From the NCBI GenBank assembly GCA_002708905.1, contig PAPM01000022.1:7969-39968 (forward strand): a stretch of DNA of 32,000 nt. The letters run 5' to 3'. The position numbers and the translations under genes were made by a program. The DNA comes from Pseudomonadales bacterium. GTDB lineage: Bacteria > Pseudomonadota > Gammaproteobacteria > Pseudomonadales > Ketobacteraceae. Positions 9,247 to 23,423 of the stretch are shown here, piece after piece (position 1 is the first letter of the stretch; every line of letters begins with the position of its first letter). The notes below the pieces were generated by a model. That model did no database searches, had not been told where the DNA came from, and worked only from the letters and a program-made list of their open reading frames with translations.

Positions 9247-9450
9247 GGCCGTATGCTTCGTTGGCTTTTAGATTTAATGCATTTAATCCATTGATTACTC
9301 TACTCACTTATAATTAACAATGTGTGAAAGCCCCAGAAATTTAAGGTGCAAATCTTCTCGTTTCTTCTCTGCCGTGCACTTATTACCGGGCGTGCTCCTT
9401 ATGTATTCGGCATATTTTGCCTATAGGCTGTCACTGGAGCGGATGGTGCG

Positions 9451-9771
9451 TTGGGCGTCAGCTTATTCATTCTGCTGTTTGCAATTACCTTAGTGGCGTA
9501 TGTGTATGGAGATGAGGTGATTTTGTTGAATGGCTTGCTAATCCGTAAGAAGCTTTTCTTTATTGAGCGCAAGATTTTATTAACGGATATTAAAGACTAT
9601 AGGGTTAACATTGGCGTTTTTAAGTATAGCGATCGTATGAAGCCTACTATCAGGCTTGAGATCTATGATGGGGATGGAAAAAGCAAAATTTGCATACCTA
9701 TAAAGCTGTATCCGAGGGAATTTATTGGTAGCTTGCAGGAGGAGCTTAAGAAAATGGCATTAAGTAAGTGA
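9451..9771 (+). CDS. Small membrane-associated hypothetical protein (TTG start)
   Basis: Hydrophobic N-terminus FILLFAITLVAYVYG followed by a beta-rich, PH-domain-like region; stop overlaps the GTG of the next ORF (GTGA). Confidence 0.5.
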   Translation: MGVSLFILLFAITLVAYVYGDEVILLNGLLIRKKLFFIERKILLTDIKDYRVNIGVFKYSDRMKPTIRLEIYDGDGKSKICIPIKLYPREFIGSLQEELKKMALSK

Positions 9772-10181
9772 GGAATCCTATTAGAGATATTAACGATGAC
9801 GCTTGGCGAAAACTGGGTAAGACTTATTGGATCCCCTTCTTGCTTGTAGTGATGGTGTTTTCATTTTATGCGCATAGCGTGAGACAGCGTATCACGCTTG
9901 AGCCGCTGACAACTGAGGAAGCCGAGAGCTATTCAGAAAAAATAATGAACTCCAAAAAGCTCCAACAAACATTCGGGGCTATTCAGGAAGTTGAATTTCT
10001 TGGCGGGATTTTTGAGCAGCAGAGAGATCGTTACACTTATTCGGTCTATATAATTACCCAAGATCGAAAAATTCAAGCTGAACTCCGGCTTACCAAAGTA
10101 GGGGCAGATGTGAAGTCGGCCCATCTGGTTCACGTATCACTGGGTTCTGGAGAATCATTTTCAATTGACTTAAAAAACTAA
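9768..10181 (+). CDS. Hypothetical protein with one N-terminal TM helix
   Basis: YWIPFLLVVMVFSFYAHSV helix plus a soluble domain; translationally coupled to the preceding ORF. Confidence 0.5.
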   Translation: MRNPIRDINDDAWRKLGKTYWIPFLLVVMVFSFYAHSVRQRITLEPLTTEEAESYSEKIMNSKKLQQTFGAIQEVEFLGGIFEQQRDRYTYSVYIITQDRKIQAELRLTKVGADVKSAHLVHVSLGSGESFSIDLKN

Positions 10182-10354
10182 ACTTGCCATTGGTTCGGAC
10201 AGCTCGATTCATTTAGGCTAACACCTTTAGGGTGTCCGGGCTCCAAAATGTGTCCACATAGAGTTGAATATAATTTCCGGATATTTTGCCGGTGTGGTGT
10301 AGAATCGCTCTCCAGAAAAGAAAGTGCCTGGCAAAGAATACACGGAACCACACA

Positions 10355-10999
10355 GTGCAATTAACCGAACAACAAGCAACGCGGCTCGCGTCCGGTTGTG
10401 AACAACTGCGCCTTAACCTGAGCGACCAGCAACAGCAGACCATTCGTGCCTACCTTGAAAACCTGCTGAAGTGGAACCAAGCCTATAACCTCACCGCTAT
10501 CCGCGATCCCGATGACATGGTGATCAAGCATTTGCTGGACAGCCTGTCCATCGTGCCCTACGTTAAAGGCCACAGGATTCTGGACGTCGGCACCGGTCCC
10601 GGGTTACCGGGTATTCCCGCTTCCATCTGCGATCCCGATCACCACTGGACCCTGATCGACAGCAACGGCAAAAAGACCCGTTTTCTGGTACAAATGAAGG
10701 CGGAACTCAAGCTGGATAACGTTTCGGTGATTAAGGGGCGGATCGAATCAGTACCGGCCAGCCAGCGCTTCGACACCATCACCAGTCGTGCGTTTTCTTC
10801 CCTGCAGAATTTTGTAGGTGTGTGCTTACCACTGCTGGAAGAAGGGGGAGAACTGCTGGCCATGAAAGGTCTGGTGCCGGAAGACGAAATCGAAGCCCTG
10901 CAGCAACAGGCACTGGAAATTCGCATTGAACCACTCAATGTGCCCTATTTGCATGAAGAGCGGCACCTGATTGTGGTAAAAAGAACGCACACAGGATAA
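10355..10999 (+). CDS. rsmG: 16S rRNA (guanine(527)-N(7))-methyltransferase RsmG (GidB)
   Basis: LLKWNQAYNLTAIRDPDDMVIKHLLDSLS, ILDVGTGPGLPGIPASI, ITSRAFSSL. The GTG at 10355 fits the family length better than the track start at 10286. Confidence 0.96.
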   Translation: MQLTEQQATRLASGCEQLRLNLSDQQQQTIRAYLENLLKWNQAYNLTAIRDPDDMVIKHLLDSLSIVPYVKGHRILDVGTGPGLPGIPASICDPDHHWTLIDSNGKKTRFLVQMKAELKLDNVSVIKGRIESVPASQRFDTITSRAFSSLQNFVGVCLPLLEEGGELLAMKGLVPEDEIEALQQQALEIRIEPLNVPYLHEERHLIVVKRTHTG

Positions 11000-11019
11000 A
11001 AGCATCCGGGAGATCGATT

Positions 11020-11820
11020 GTGGGTAAAGTAATCTCAGTGACCAATCAAAAGGGCGGTGTGGGTAAAACCACCACCTCAGTAAATCTGGCTGCGTCACTG
11101 GTTGCTACCAAGCGAAAGGTACTGTTGATCGATCTCGACCCCCAGGGCAATGCCACCATGGGCAGCGGCGTCAACAAGCACGAGTTGGAGAGCTCTATCT
11201 ACGATGTGCTGGTGGAGCAGATGTCCGTGGCCGATGCGGTGGTGCATACCGAACCCGGTTACGACCTGATTGGTTCCAACGCAGACCTGACGGCGGCGGA
11301 AGTGGAACTGCTGGATCTTGATGCCCGAGAACAGCGCCTGAATCATGCCCTGGAAGGGGTGCGTTCCCAATACGACTACATCCTGATTGATTGCCCCCCA
11401 TCCCTCAATATGTTGACGGTGAATGCTTTAGTGGCCTCCGATTCCGTCATCATTCCCATGCAGTGTGAATACTATGCACTGGAAGGATTGTCAGCCTTGT
11501 TGAACACCATTGAAAAAATCCAGAGCGTGCTCAATCCCAAGCTCGAGATCGATGGGTTGCTGCGCACCATGTACGATCCCCGCATTGCATTAGCCAACCA
11601 GGTGTCCAGTCAATTGACAGAGCACTTTGGCGATAAGGTCTATCGCACCATCATTCCACGCAATGTGCGTCTGGCGGAGGCCCCCAGTCATGGTTTGCCG
11701 GTGCTGGAATACGATCGTCGTTCCCGCGGCGCGGTGTCCTATCTGGCGCTGGCCGGTGAGCTGATTCGCCGGGCGGAACAGAAATTGACAGCCACCGGAG
11801 CGGAAACCGCCACCGCCTGA
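11020..11820 (+). CDS. parA: Chromosome partitioning protein ParA (Soj), deviant Walker A ATPase
   Basis: MGKVISVTNQKGGVGKTTTSVNLAASL, LLIDLDPQGNATMGSG, YILIDCPPSL; followed by parB. Confidence 0.97.
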   Translation: MGKVISVTNQKGGVGKTTTSVNLAASLVATKRKVLLIDLDPQGNATMGSGVNKHELESSIYDVLVEQMSVADAVVHTEPGYDLIGSNADLTAAEVELLDLDAREQRLNHALEGVRSQYDYILIDCPPSLNMLTVNALVASDSVIIPMQCEYYALEGLSALLNTIEKIQSVLNPKLEIDGLLRTMYDPRIALANQVSSQLTEHFGDKVYRTIIPRNVRLAEAPSHGLPVLEYDRRSRGAVSYLALAGELIRRAEQKLTATGAETATA

Positions 11821-11919
11821 TTGCGTCCCAAGCCAAGCCCCTTATAATGTGGAACCCATCATTAATGTGAAACCTATCAGGTAAGTCACATTTTTCACCG
11901 ACGACAATAAAGGCGATAC

Positions 11920-12819
11920 ATGGCTGCCAAGAAGAAAGGATTGGGTCGAGGACTGGATGCGCTGTTGGGAAGCGCCAATATTCCGCAAAAAGAAGTTTCC
12001 ACCGATGCCAGCAAACCCGTCACGATCACCCGTGAAGACGTTGACGGTGAACTCAAGCATCTCCCCATTGAGTTTCTGCAGCGCGGCCGTTACCAGCCCC
12101 GTCGCGATATGGACCCCCAAGCCCTGGAAGACCTGGCCAACTCCATCAAGGCCCAGGGTGTGATGCAACCCATTGTGGTTCGCCCCATTGCCGGACCCAA
12201 CCAATACGAAATCATTGCCGGTGAACGTCGTTGGCGCGCCAGCCAGCTGGCGGGGCTTGATAAAGTACCTTGCGTAATTCGCTCTGTAACCGATGAAGCC
12301 GCCATTGCCATGGCGCTGATTGAAAACATCCAACGGGAAGACCTCAACCCCATTGAAGAGGCCGCAGCCCTGCAGCGCTTTCAGGATGAATTTGAATTAA
12401 CTCACCAGCAGGTGGCGGAAGCAGTGGGCAAATCCCGCACCACGGTGACCAACCTGCTGCGTCTTATGAGCCTCAGTGCGGAGGCCAAAAAGCTGGTGGA
12501 ACACGGCGATCTGGAGATGGGCCATGCCCGCGCCATCCTCACTTTGGACAGCGGCAAACAAACCGAGGCGGCACGGGCTATTGTCGCCAAAGGGCTTTCC
12601 GTGCGCCAGACCGAAGCACTGGTGCGGCGCCTGCAGCAGGAAAAAATCGCCACCGGTGATACCAAAATCGATCCTGATATCAAATTGTTACAAGATAATT
12701 TGTCCGACAAGCTGGGTGCACCGGTCATGATCCACCATAGCGCCAAAGGTAAGGGCAAGCTGGTGATTCGCTACGGCAGTCTGGATGAGCTGGACGGCAT
12801 CCTCGACCACATCAAATAA
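11920..12819 (+). CDS. parB: Chromosome partitioning protein ParB (Spo0J)
   Basis: KKKGLGRGLDALLG, GRYQPRRDMDPQALEDLANSIKAQGVMQPIVVRP, YEIIAGERRWRASQLAGL, QREDLNPIEEA. Confidence 0.97.
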   Translation: MAAKKKGLGRGLDALLGSANIPQKEVSTDASKPVTITREDVDGELKHLPIEFLQRGRYQPRRDMDPQALEDLANSIKAQGVMQPIVVRPIAGPNQYEIIAGERRWRASQLAGLDKVPCVIRSVTDEAAIAMALIENIQREDLNPIEEAAALQRFQDEFELTHQQVAEAVGKSRTTVTNLLRLMSLSAEAKKLVEHGDLEMGHARAILTLDSGKQTEAARAIVAKGLSVRQTEALVRRLQQEKIATGDTKIDPDIKLLQDNLSDKLGAPVMIHHSAKGKGKLVIRYGSLDELDGILDHIK

Positions 12820-12980
12820 AGCCGAAATGGCCCGGCGACCCGTGTTGCCTGTGCTATGGAAAGTCTCTATAATCGGCACCGCCTTACACAGGCACCTGCA
12901 ATCAGCGTCTGAGCTGACCCAAAAGGTCCAAAAGGCCAACAGAGTGTAATTCGCTGATTGAGGGCAAACGGAAAACGACT

Positions 12981-13370
12981 GTGACAAAGCCGAGCACGTT
13001 AAACAAAGGGTATTTGGGTGTTTACGTGGTGGGCTCGCAGGCCCTGATCTCGACCTTGATTCCTGTAATCGTGTTGTGTGTTGTGGGTAAAGCGGCTGCG
13101 CTGGCAGCTTTGGTAGGGGGCTGGATCGCGGTTCTGGCCAATCTTTACTTCGCCATACAGGCATTTCGTTTCTCAGGGGCGCGCGCATCGCAAGAGATGG
13201 TGCGGGCTTTCTATCGGGGTGAGGCCGGAAAATTTGTCATTGTCATGCTGCTGTTCATCGCAGCGTTCAAACTGCTCCCGGGTGTCCGTGAAAGCGCGGC
13301 ATATTTGTTTTCAGCCTTCTTTGTAGTGTACGGTGTCGCTTGGCTGGCACCCCTTGTGTTGCGCAAATAG
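12981..13370 (+). CDS. atpI: ATP synthase protein I
   Basis: Small four-helix membrane protein directly upstream of atpB; FRFSGARASQEMVRAFYRGEAGKFVIVMLLF. Confidence 0.85.
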   Translation: MTKPSTLNKGYLGVYVVGSQALISTLIPVIVLCVVGKAAALAALVGGWIAVLANLYFAIQAFRFSGARASQEMVRAFYRGEAGKFVIVMLLFIAAFKLLPGVRESAAYLFSAFFVVYGVAWLAPLVLRK

Positions 13371-14282
<912 letters not shown>

Positions 14283-14320
14283 GAATTGTGTTTCAACCTT
14301 AACCATTAACTTAACCTTAA

Positions 14321-14584
<264 letters not shown>

Positions 14585-14643
14585 GTCCATCGCTTCGAGA
14601 AAGTAGCGTCACACATTTACTTTAACGAGCGAGAGGGTTTGGT

Positions 14644-15114
14644 ATGGATATTAATGCCACCATCATAGGTCAATCCATCGCCTTTGCCGTATTCGTATTT
14701 TTCTGTCTCAAGTTCGTATGGCCACCATTGATTAATGCCATGCGTGAACGCTCAGAAAAAATCGCACAGGGCTTACAGGCGGCAGACCAGGCTGAGCAGG
14801 ATCTGGAACTGGCTAAAGAAAAAGCCGCAGACACCCTGCGTGAAGCCAAGCAGCAAGCTGCTGCGTTGATTGAGCAAGCCAACAAGCGCGCCAATCAATT
14901 GGTCGAAGAAGCGAAAGATCAGGCCCGCGCCGAAGGCGAGCGTCTGAAAGCGGCTGCCCAGGCAGAAGTGGAACAGGAACTGAACCGCGCTAAAGAAGCG
15001 TTGCGTGCTCAAGTGTCTGTTCTGTCTATTGCCGGTGCAGAAAAAATTCTTGGCACGGCAGTCGATCAAAATGCTCATAACGCAATGCTTGAGCAGCTTG
15101 CATCAGAACTGTAA
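14644..15114 (+). CDS. atpF: F0F1 ATP synthase subunit b
   Basis: [40 protein letters not shown]; 156 aa; operon position. Confidence 0.96.
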   Translation: MDINATIIGQSIAFAVFVFFCLKFVWPPLINAMRERSEKIAQGLQAADQAEQDLELAKEKAADTLREAKQQAAALIEQANKRANQLVEEAKDQARAEGERLKAAAQAEVEQELNRAKEALRAQVSVLSIAGAEKILGTAVDQNAHNAMLEQLASEL

Positions 15115-15126
15115 CGGTATCGGATT

Positions 15127-15663
15127 ATGGCAGAACTAATCACAGTTGCCCGGCCTTACGCGAAAGCGGCTTTTCAGTTCGCCGACGAGAACGGCGCACT
15201 TGCTGAATGGTCCGATATGCTTGCCTTTGCAGCGGCTGTTTCTACAGATGAAGCAGTATCCAGTTTCCTGAACAACCCTAAAATCACCTCTGCCCAGAAA
15301 GCAGAGGCTTTTGGTGATCTGTGCAAGGACAAACTGAATGCCCAGGGTAAAAATTTTGTGGCCATGCTGGCGCAGAACAAGCGATTGGCGGCGTTGCCGG
15401 AAATCGCAACATTGTTCGAAGCGCTGAAGTCACAAAAGGAACAAAGCGTTGATGTGGAAATTACCTCTGCATTTGCTTTGAGCGATGAGCAAGGGAACAA
15501 ACTTGCTGCTGCCCTGAAGCAGAAACTGGGCCGTGAAGTCAACGTCACCACTGCAGAAGATAAAGCTCTGTTGGGCGGTGTCATCATCAGAGCCGGCGAC
15601 ATGGTGATTGACGGTTCTGTACGCGGCAAGCTCGCTAAACTGGCCGAAAAATTGAATTCTTGA
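15127..15663 (+). CDS. atpH: F0F1 ATP synthase subunit delta
   Basis: [46 protein letters not shown]. Confidence 0.96.
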   Translation: MAELITVARPYAKAAFQFADENGALAEWSDMLAFAAAVSTDEAVSSFLNNPKITSAQKAEAFGDLCKDKLNAQGKNFVAMLAQNKRLAALPEIATLFEALKSQKEQSVDVEITSAFALSDEQGNKLAAALKQKLGREVNVTTAEDKALLGGVIIRAGDMVIDGSVRGKLAKLAEKLNS

Positions 15664-15673
15664 GGACATAAGC

Positions 15674-17218
15674 ATGCAGCAACTCAACCCTTCAGAAATC
15701 AGCGAGCTGATCAAACAGCGCATCGCGAATCTGGATACAACTTCCGAAGCGCGCACCGAAGGTACCATCGTTAGCGTATCTGACGGTATCGTGCGAGTTC
15801 ACGGTCTGGCCGACGTAATGTACGGCGAGATGATCGAGTTTGAAAACGGCACTTACGGTATGGCTCTTAACCTGGAGCAGGATTCTGTAGGTGCGGTAGT
15901 ACTGGGTGATTACCTGGGACTGGCCGAAGGTCAAAAAGTGAAGTGTACCGGCAAAGTACTGGAAGTACCTGTTGGTCCTGAACTGCTGGGCCGGGTAGTA
16001 GACGGTCTGGGTAATCCCATCGACGGTAAGGGCCCACTGAACACCAAACTGACTGACGTTGTTGAAAAGGTTGCACCTGGTGTAATCGCCCGTCAATCGG
16101 TTGACCAACCTGTTCAGACTGGTTTGAAATCCATCGACGCCATGACCCCGGTTGGTCGTGGCCAGCGTGAGCTGATCATCGGTGACCGTCAGATCGGTAA
16201 AACCGCGATCGCCATCGACACCATCATCAACCAGAAAGATTCCGGCATTAAGTGTATCTACGTGGCCATCGGTCAGAAGCAATCTTCGATTGCCAACGTA
16301 GTGCGTAAGCTGGAAGAGCACGGCGCAATGGACAATACCATCGTGGTAGCGGCAGCAGCAGCTGACCCCGCAGCGATGTTGTTCCTGGCCGCGTTCACCG
16401 GTTGTACCATGGGTGAATACTTCCGCGACCGCGGTGAAGACGCGCTGATCGTATACGATGACTTGACCAAGCAAGCTTGGGCTTATCGTCAGATCTCCCT
16501 GTTGCTGCGTCGTCCTCCGGGCCGTGAAGCTTATCCTGGTGACGTATTCTATCTGCACTCCCGTCTGCTGGAACGTGCTGCCCGTGTAAACGCCGACTAC
16601 GTAGAGAAGTTCACCAACGGTGAAGTGAAAGGCCAAACCGGTTCTTTGACGGCGTTGCCTATCATCGAAACCCAGGCGGGTGACGTTTCTGCCTTCGTAC
16701 CGACCAACGTAATCTCCATTACCGACGGTCAGATCTTCGTGGAAACCAACCTGTTTAACTCCGGTATTCGTCCTGCGATGAACGCCGGTATCTCGGTTTC
16801 TCGTGTAGGTGGTGCAGCACAAACCAAGATCATTAAAAAGCTGGGTGGTGGTATTCGTCTGGCTCTGGCTCAGTATCGTGAACTGGCGGCGTTCGCCCAG
16901 TTTGCATCCGACCTGGACGAAGCAACCCGTAAGCAGTTGGAACACGGTACTCGGGTAACCGAGCTGATGAAGCAGAAACAGTACTCGCCTCTGTCTGTGG
17001 CAGAAATGGGTCTGGTTCTGTACGTGGCCAACGAAGGTTTCCTGGAAGACATCGAAGTTGCCAAGATCCTGGATTTTGAAGCGGCTCTGCTGTCTTACGC
17101 CAACTCTGAATACTCTGCGCTGATGGCCAAAGTAAATGAGAAAGGCGACTGGAACAGCGATATCGAAAGCGAGTACAAAGCACTCGTTGAGAAGTTCAAG
17201 TCCACCCAGACTTGGTAA
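15674..17218 (+). CDS. atpA: F0F1 ATP synthase subunit alpha
   Basis: [60 protein letters not shown]. Confidence 0.99.
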   Translation: MQQLNPSEISELIKQRIANLDTTSEARTEGTIVSVSDGIVRVHGLADVMYGEMIEFENGTYGMALNLEQDSVGAVVLGDYLGLAEGQKVKCTGKVLEVPVGPELLGRVVDGLGNPIDGKGPLNTKLTDVVEKVAPGVIARQSVDQPVQTGLKSIDAMTPVGRGQRELIIGDRQIGKTAIAIDTIINQKDSGIKCIYVAIGQKQSSIANVVRKLEEHGAMDNTIVVAAAAADPAAMLFLAAFTGCTMGEYFRDRGEDALIVYDDLTKQAWAYRQISLLLRRPPGREAYPGDVFYLHSRLLERAARVNADYVEKFTNGEVKGQTGSLTALPIIETQAGDVSAFVPTNVISITDGQIFVETNLFNSGIRPAMNAGISVSRVGGAAQTKIIKKLGGGIRLALAQYRELAAFAQFASDLDEATRKQLEHGTRVTELMKQKQYSPLSVAEMGLVLYVANEGFLEDIEVAKILDFEAALLSYANSEYSALMAKVNEKGDWNSDIESEYKALVEKFKSTQTW

Positions 17219-17269
17219 TCATTCACCGGGGCAAGGCGACTTGCCCCGTAACCTGAATACGGTAGACCT

Positions 17270-18130
17270 ATGTCAGGCGCAAAAGAGATACGTGGCAAAA
17301 TAGCCAGTGTTAAAAATACGCAGAAAATTACCTCTGCAATGGAACTCGTTGCGGCTAGTAAAATGCGTAAAGCGCAAGACCGTATGGCGGCATCCAAACC
17401 CTATGCGGAAAAAATTCGCCAGGTCGTGCGTCACCTAGCCAATTCCAATGCGGAATATAAGCATACTTACATGGACGAGCGTGAAGTTAAACGCGTCGGC
17501 GTCATTGTGGTGTCTTCCGATCGTGGTCTTTGTGGTGGTCTGAACATTAACCTGTTCAAAAAGACCCTGCAGTTGACCAAGCAATGGAAAGAAAAAGGCT
17601 GCGAAGTGGACATGACCCTGATCGGCGGAAAAGCCGTAAGCTTTTTCCGTTCCGTTGGCGGCAACGTGGTTGCCACCAAAACCGGATTGGGTGATGAACC
17701 TGCGGTTGAAGATCTGATCGGTGCCGTAAAGGTCATGCTGAACGCATTTGAATCCGGCACAATCGATCGTTTGTACCTGATGTACAACGATTTTGTGAAC
17801 ACCATGACGCAAACCCCAACCAGCATCCAGCTGTTGCCTCTGGAAGCCAGCAAAGATGAAGAGTACCAGCATCACTGGGACTACATCTATGAGCCTGAGG
17901 CGAAAGAAATTCTGGATTACCTGCTGGTTCGCTTTGTTGAATCCCAAGTATACCAGGGCGTGGTCGAGAACAACGCCTGTGAGCAGGCTGCTCGAATGGT
18001 TGCGATGAAGTCCGCTACCGACAACGCGGGCAACCTGATCAACGATCTGCAATTGGTGTACAACAAAGCCCGTCAGGCTGCCATTACCCAGGAGATCTCC
18101 GAGATCGTGGGCGGCGCGGCAGCGGTATAA
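17270..18130 (+). CDS. atpG: F0F1 ATP synthase subunit gamma
   Basis: [46 protein letters not shown]. Confidence 0.98.
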   Translation: MSGAKEIRGKIASVKNTQKITSAMELVAASKMRKAQDRMAASKPYAEKIRQVVRHLANSNAEYKHTYMDEREVKRVGVIVVSSDRGLCGGLNINLFKKTLQLTKQWKEKGCEVDMTLIGGKAVSFFRSVGGNVVATKTGLGDEPAVEDLIGAVKVMLNAFESGTIDRLYLMYNDFVNTMTQTPTSIQLLPLEASKDEEYQHHWDYIYEPEAKEILDYLLVRFVESQVYQGVVENNACEQAARMVAMKSATDNAGNLINDLQLVYNKARQAAITQEISEIVGGAAAV

Positions 18131-18174
18131 GGGACCGGTTTACAGTATTCAGGTTTTTAACAGTTACGATTTAA

Positions 18175-19584
<1,410 letters not shown>

Positions 19585-19618
19585 TTGGCCCTTTAGGTAA
19601 AACCTGGGAGTAAGAACC

Positions 19619-20044
19619 ATGGCGATAACCGTACACTGTGATATCGTTTCTGCCGAAAAATCCATCTTTTCCGGATTGGTGGAAATGGTTATCGCTCACG
19701 GCAAACTGGGTGACCTGGGTATTGCCCGGGGTCACGCTCCCTTGTTGACGCAATTGAACCCCGGTCCGATTCGTGTCATCAAGCAAAACGGTGAAGAAGA
19801 AGTGTACTACGTGTCTGGTGGTATGCTGGAAGTGCAACCCAAGGTGGTTACGGTTCTGGCGGATACTGCCCAGCGCGCAGACGACGTCGACGAAGCAGCT
19901 GCTCAACAGGCTGTGGAAGATGCGCGTCGCGCCCTGGCCAACCAGTCTTCCGAAATCAACTACTCTGCTGCGGCAGCGATGTTGGCGGAAGCGGCAGCAC
20001 AACTGCGTACAATTCAAGCCCTTAAGAAGAAAATGGGTAAGTAA
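19619..20044 (+). CDS. atpC: F0F1 ATP synthase subunit epsilon
   Basis: [49 protein letters not shown]. Confidence 0.97.
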   Translation: MAITVHCDIVSAEKSIFSGLVEMVIAHGKLGDLGIARGHAPLLTQLNPGPIRVIKQNGEEEVYYVSGGMLEVQPKVVTVLADTAQRADDVDEAAAQQAVEDARRALANQSSEINYSAAAAMLAEAAAQLRTIQALKKKMGK

Positions 20045-20082
20045 GCACCGGTTGTCGTGAAACGCGTAACAAAGCATGATAG

Positions 20083-20109
20083 AAAGGGTAGCGTATGCTG
20101 CCCTTTTTT
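20083..20109 (+). terminator. Intrinsic terminator after atpC
   Basis: AAAGGGTAGC-GTAT-GCTGCCCTTT followed by TTT; 10-bp stem with one G-U type pair. Confidence 0.8.
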
Positions 20110-20135
20110 CGTTTAAACCAAATGGAATAGCACCA

Positions 20136-21515
20136 ATGGATCTCAACGTTGTCATCCTTGCCGCCGGCAAGGGCACGCGCATGAAATCGCGCCTTCCCAA
20201 GGTATTACAACCTCTGGCCAAGAAGCCGTTGCTGGCCCATGTGCTGGAAACCAGTTTCAAACTCAACGCCCACAAGGTCATCGTGGTGTATGGCCATGGT
20301 GGCGATTCCGTGAAGACAGAGATTGCAGCGCATTTTCCGGATGCGCCCATCCATTGGGTTGAGCAGGCTGAACAGTTGGGTACCGGCCACGCAGTGAAAC
20401 AAGCATTGGATCTATTGGAAACCAACACCCGCACTCTGATTCTATATGGTGACGTGCCTCTGATTTCCGAAGCAACCCTGAGTCGCTTCCTCAATGAAGT
20501 TCAGCCGGGTGAATGCGGCGTCATTACCGTCAAGCTGGACGATCCCACCGGCTATGGGCGCATTGTGCGTGATCACGCCGGCGTGGTACGGGAGATCGTC
20601 GAAGAAAAAGATGCCGGCAAGGAGATCCGCAAGATAGAGGAAGTGAATACCGGCATCATGCTGGCGGATTCCATCGATCTGCAGCAATGGTTGCCCACCA
20701 TTGAGAATAAAAACGTGCAGGGTGAATACTACCTGACAGATTTAGTGCGTATTTCCAACGAGCATGATGTGCCGGTGATTGGTTGCCGGGTGAAAGATCC
20801 CATTGAAGTGGAAGGGGTTAACGACAAACGTCAGTTGGCGAAACTGGAGCGGATGCTGCAAAAACATCTGGCGGAGAAACTGTTGTTGGCCGGTGCCACC
20901 CTGGCCGATCCGGAGCGGATTGATATTCGTGGTGAGGTTTCCGTTGGCCAGGACTGCTTTATTGACGTCAATGCCATATTCGAAGGTAAGAACAGCCTGG
21001 GTGATAATGTTCAGATAGGACCAAACTGCCTGATCCAGAATTCCACCATTGGCAGTAATTCGGTAATCAAAGCCAACAGCGTGTTGGAGAATGCTGTGGT
21101 AGGGAAGGATTGCGACATCGGCCCCTACGCCCGCCTGCGACCTGGAACCAAACTGTCGGATCAGGTCAAGATCGGGAACTTTGTGGAGACCAAAAACATC
21201 CAAATGGGAATGGCATCGAAGGCCAATCACCTCACTTATCTCGGTGATAGTGTTATCGGTAAGGATGTGAACATCGGTGCCGGCACCATTACCTGCAATT
21301 ATGATGGCGCCAATAAGCACCAGACGGTCATCGGTGATAACGCGTTTATCGGTTCCAACAGTTCCCTGGTGGCACCGGTGGAAATTGGGGAAGGTGCAAC
21401 CATTGGTGCCGGTTCCACGATCTCGAAAGATGCCAAAGGTCATGCACTTACAGTGACTCGTGCCAAACAGGTCACGCTGGAAAGCTGGACACGACCAACC
21501 AAAAAGCCGAAGTGA
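20136..21515 (+). CDS. glmU: Bifunctional N-acetylglucosamine-1-phosphate uridyltransferase/glucosamine-1-phosphate acetyltransferase GlmU
   Basis: MDLNVVILAAGKGTRMKSRLPKVL, C-terminal hexapeptide repeats; ATG at 20136 chosen because the track start at 20076 lies before the terminator. Confidence 0.97.
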   Translation: MDLNVVILAAGKGTRMKSRLPKVLQPLAKKPLLAHVLETSFKLNAHKVIVVYGHGGDSVKTEIAAHFPDAPIHWVEQAEQLGTGHAVKQALDLLETNTRTLILYGDVPLISEATLSRFLNEVQPGECGVITVKLDDPTGYGRIVRDHAGVVREIVEEKDAGKEIRKIEEVNTGIMLADSIDLQQWLPTIENKNVQGEYYLTDLVRISNEHDVPVIGCRVKDPIEVEGVNDKRQLAKLERMLQKHLAEKLLLAGATLADPERIDIRGEVSVGQDCFIDVNAIFEGKNSLGDNVQIGPNCLIQNSTIGSNSVIKANSVLENAVVGKDCDIGPYARLRPGTKLSDQVKIGNFVETKNIQMGMASKANHLTYLGDSVIGKDVNIGAGTITCNYDGANKHQTVIGDNAFIGSNSSLVAPVEIGEGATIGAGSTISKDAKGHALTVTRAKQVTLESWTRPTKKPK

Positions 21516-21573
21516 TTTTCCGGCTTGAATACCTGCATATAGCAACTTGAATAAATAACAGGGAACAGAACAC

Positions 21574-23400
21574 ATGTGCGGAATCGTCGGCGTAATTTCT
21601 ACTCGGGATGTCACTCCAATTCTGATGGAGGGGTTAAGGCGATTGGAATACCGGGGCTACGATTCTGCCGGTATTGCGCGTTTCAATCCCGGTGCGGATA
21701 TTGAGCGCATCCGTCGGGTGGGAAAAGTTCAGGAACTGGCGGCGGCGGTTGCAGCAAGCAAAGGCAGTGGCTGCATTGGGATTGCCCACACCCGCTGGGC
21801 CACCCACGGAGCGCCAACCGAACACAATGCTCATCCCCACATGTCCTCCGACAACATTGCTGTGGTGCACAACGGAATCATTGAAAATCACGAAGCGCTG
21901 CGCCAGTCCCTGAGTGCTTCTGGCTATGCCTTTACATCTGAAACCGATACTGAGGTCGTCGCCCACCTGATTCATCGTCACCTACAACACAGCAATGACC
22001 TGGCCAACGCGGTCAAACTAACCACTGAAGAGTTGCGCGGTGCTTATGCCCTTGCCGTGATCGATAAAAATCATCCTGAGGTGATGGTCGCTGCGAGAGA
22101 AGGCAGCCCCCTGGTGCTGGGAGTGGGCTTGGGTGAAAACTTTGTCGCTTCGGATCAGTTGGCGTTGTTACCGGTCACCACACGTTTTGTCTTTCTGGAA
22201 GACGGCGATATTGCGGTCATTGGGAAGAACGAATTTTCCATATCCGACTGGGAAGGCCAGACAGTGGAGCGCCCCATCAAGCCTTTTACCGGCGGGGAAT
22301 CCACGGCGGAAAAAGGTGAATACCGCCATTACATGATCAAGGAGATTTTTGAACAGCCCACCGCAATCCGTAATACGCTGGATGGTTACGTGAATAATAA
22401 TAGGGTTGATCCAGCCATATTCGGTGAGACTGCGCCGGAGCTTTTTTCCAAATTGGAGTCTGTACAGATCATCGCTTGTGGAACCTCCTTTCATGCCGGC
22501 CTGGTGGCAAAATACTGGATTGAAAGCATAGCCGGGGTGCAATGTAATGTGGAAGTGGCCAGTGAATTTCGTTACCGGACCACAGTGGTCCGGCCCAACA
22601 CTTTGTTTGTGACGATTTCCCAGTCAGGAGAAACGGCGGACACGCTGTCAGCGTTACGCAATGCCAAAGGCTATCTCTCTTCCCTGGCCATTTGTAACGT
22701 CCCCACCAGTTCGTTGGTGCGCGAATCCGCATTGAGCTTTATTACCAAAGCCGGACCGGAAATCGGAGTGGCATCCACTAAGGCCTTTACAACTCAACTG
22801 GTGGCACTCTATCTGTTGACGGTAGCCATCGCCCGACTAAAAGGTTTGCCAGAGGATAGGGAAAGTGAGTTGCTGGCGGGGCTCAAACAGCTCCCGGACG
22901 TAGTGCAATCTGCTCTGCGTTTGGACAAACCCATCGAGCGAATGGCTGAGAAATTTGCCGAAAAACATCATGCCCTGTTTCTGGGTAGAGGTGTGCAGTA
23001 TCCCATCGCTATGGAAGGTGCGTTAAAGCTTAAGGAAATATCCTATATTCACGCAGAGGCGTACCCTGCGGGGGAATTGAAACATGGCCCTCTGGCATTG
23101 GTGGATGCAGATATGCCGGTAGTGACGGTTGCGCCTTCTGATGCGTTGCTTGAAAAACTGAAGTCCAATCTACAGGAAGTCCAGGCCCGCGGCGGAGAAT
23201 TATTCGTGTTCCAGGATGCTGATGCTGCTTTGAAACAGCAGGATGACGTTCATGTGTTGGATGTGCCCAAAGTCTCGGCCGAACTGGCCCCTATTGTCTA
23301 TACCATTCCCCTGCAGTTGCTGAGTTACCATGTTGCCATTATCAAAGGAACGGATGTGGATCAGCCGCGGAATCTTGCCAAGAGCGTGACGGTGGAGTAA
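21574..23400 (+). CDS. glmS: Glutamine-fructose-6-phosphate aminotransferase (isomerizing) GlmS
   Basis: [33 protein letters not shown] and the conserved C-terminus [13 protein letters not shown], which is encoded by the Tn7 TnsD recognition region. Confidence 0.99.
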   Translation: MCGIVGVISTRDVTPILMEGLRRLEYRGYDSAGIARFNPGADIERIRRVGKVQELAAAVAASKGSGCIGIAHTRWATHGAPTEHNAHPHMSSDNIAVVHNGIIENHEALRQSLSASGYAFTSETDTEVVAHLIHRHLQHSNDLANAVKLTTEELRGAYALAVIDKNHPEVMVAAREGSPLVLGVGLGENFVASDQLALLPVTTRFVFLEDGDIAVIGKNEFSISDWEGQTVERPIKPFTGGESTAEKGEYRHYMIKEIFEQPTAIRNTLDGYVNNNRVDPAIFGETAPELFSKLESVQIIACGTSFHAGLVAKYWIESIAGVQCNVEVASEFRYRTTVVRPNTLFVTISQSGETADTLSALRNAKGYLSSLAICNVPTSSLVRESALSFITKAGPEIGVASTKAFTTQLVALYLLTVAIARLKGLPEDRESELLAGLKQLPDVVQSALRLDKPIERMAEKFAEKHHALFLGRGVQYPIAMEGALKLKEISYIHAEAYPAGELKHGPLALVDADMPVVTVAPSDALLEKLKSNLQEVQARGGELFVFQDADAALKQQDDVHVLDVPKVSAELAPIVYTIPLQLLSYHVAIIKGTDVDQPRNLAKSVTVE

Positions 23401-23423
23401 TCAGCAATCCCTGTGGTGCGCGT

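Noticed and set aside
8726-10285. Integron cassette array explanation for the small ORFs
   Set aside because: No paired attC-like RYYYAAC/GTTRRRY sites bracket the ORFs and no integrase is present.
11820-12980. Candidate parS centromere sites near parAB
   Set aside because: I did not find a TGTTTCACGTGAAACA-like 16-mer in the window by eye; not supported.
15692-16945. Long minus-strand ORF (417 aa) opposite atpA
   Set aside because: Antisense shadow of a highly codon-biased housekeeping gene; no recognisable domain, and atpA is certain.
20742-21614. Minus-strand 290-aa ORF inside glmU
   Set aside because: Antisense to glmU; the repetitive pattern mirrors the hexapeptide repeats.
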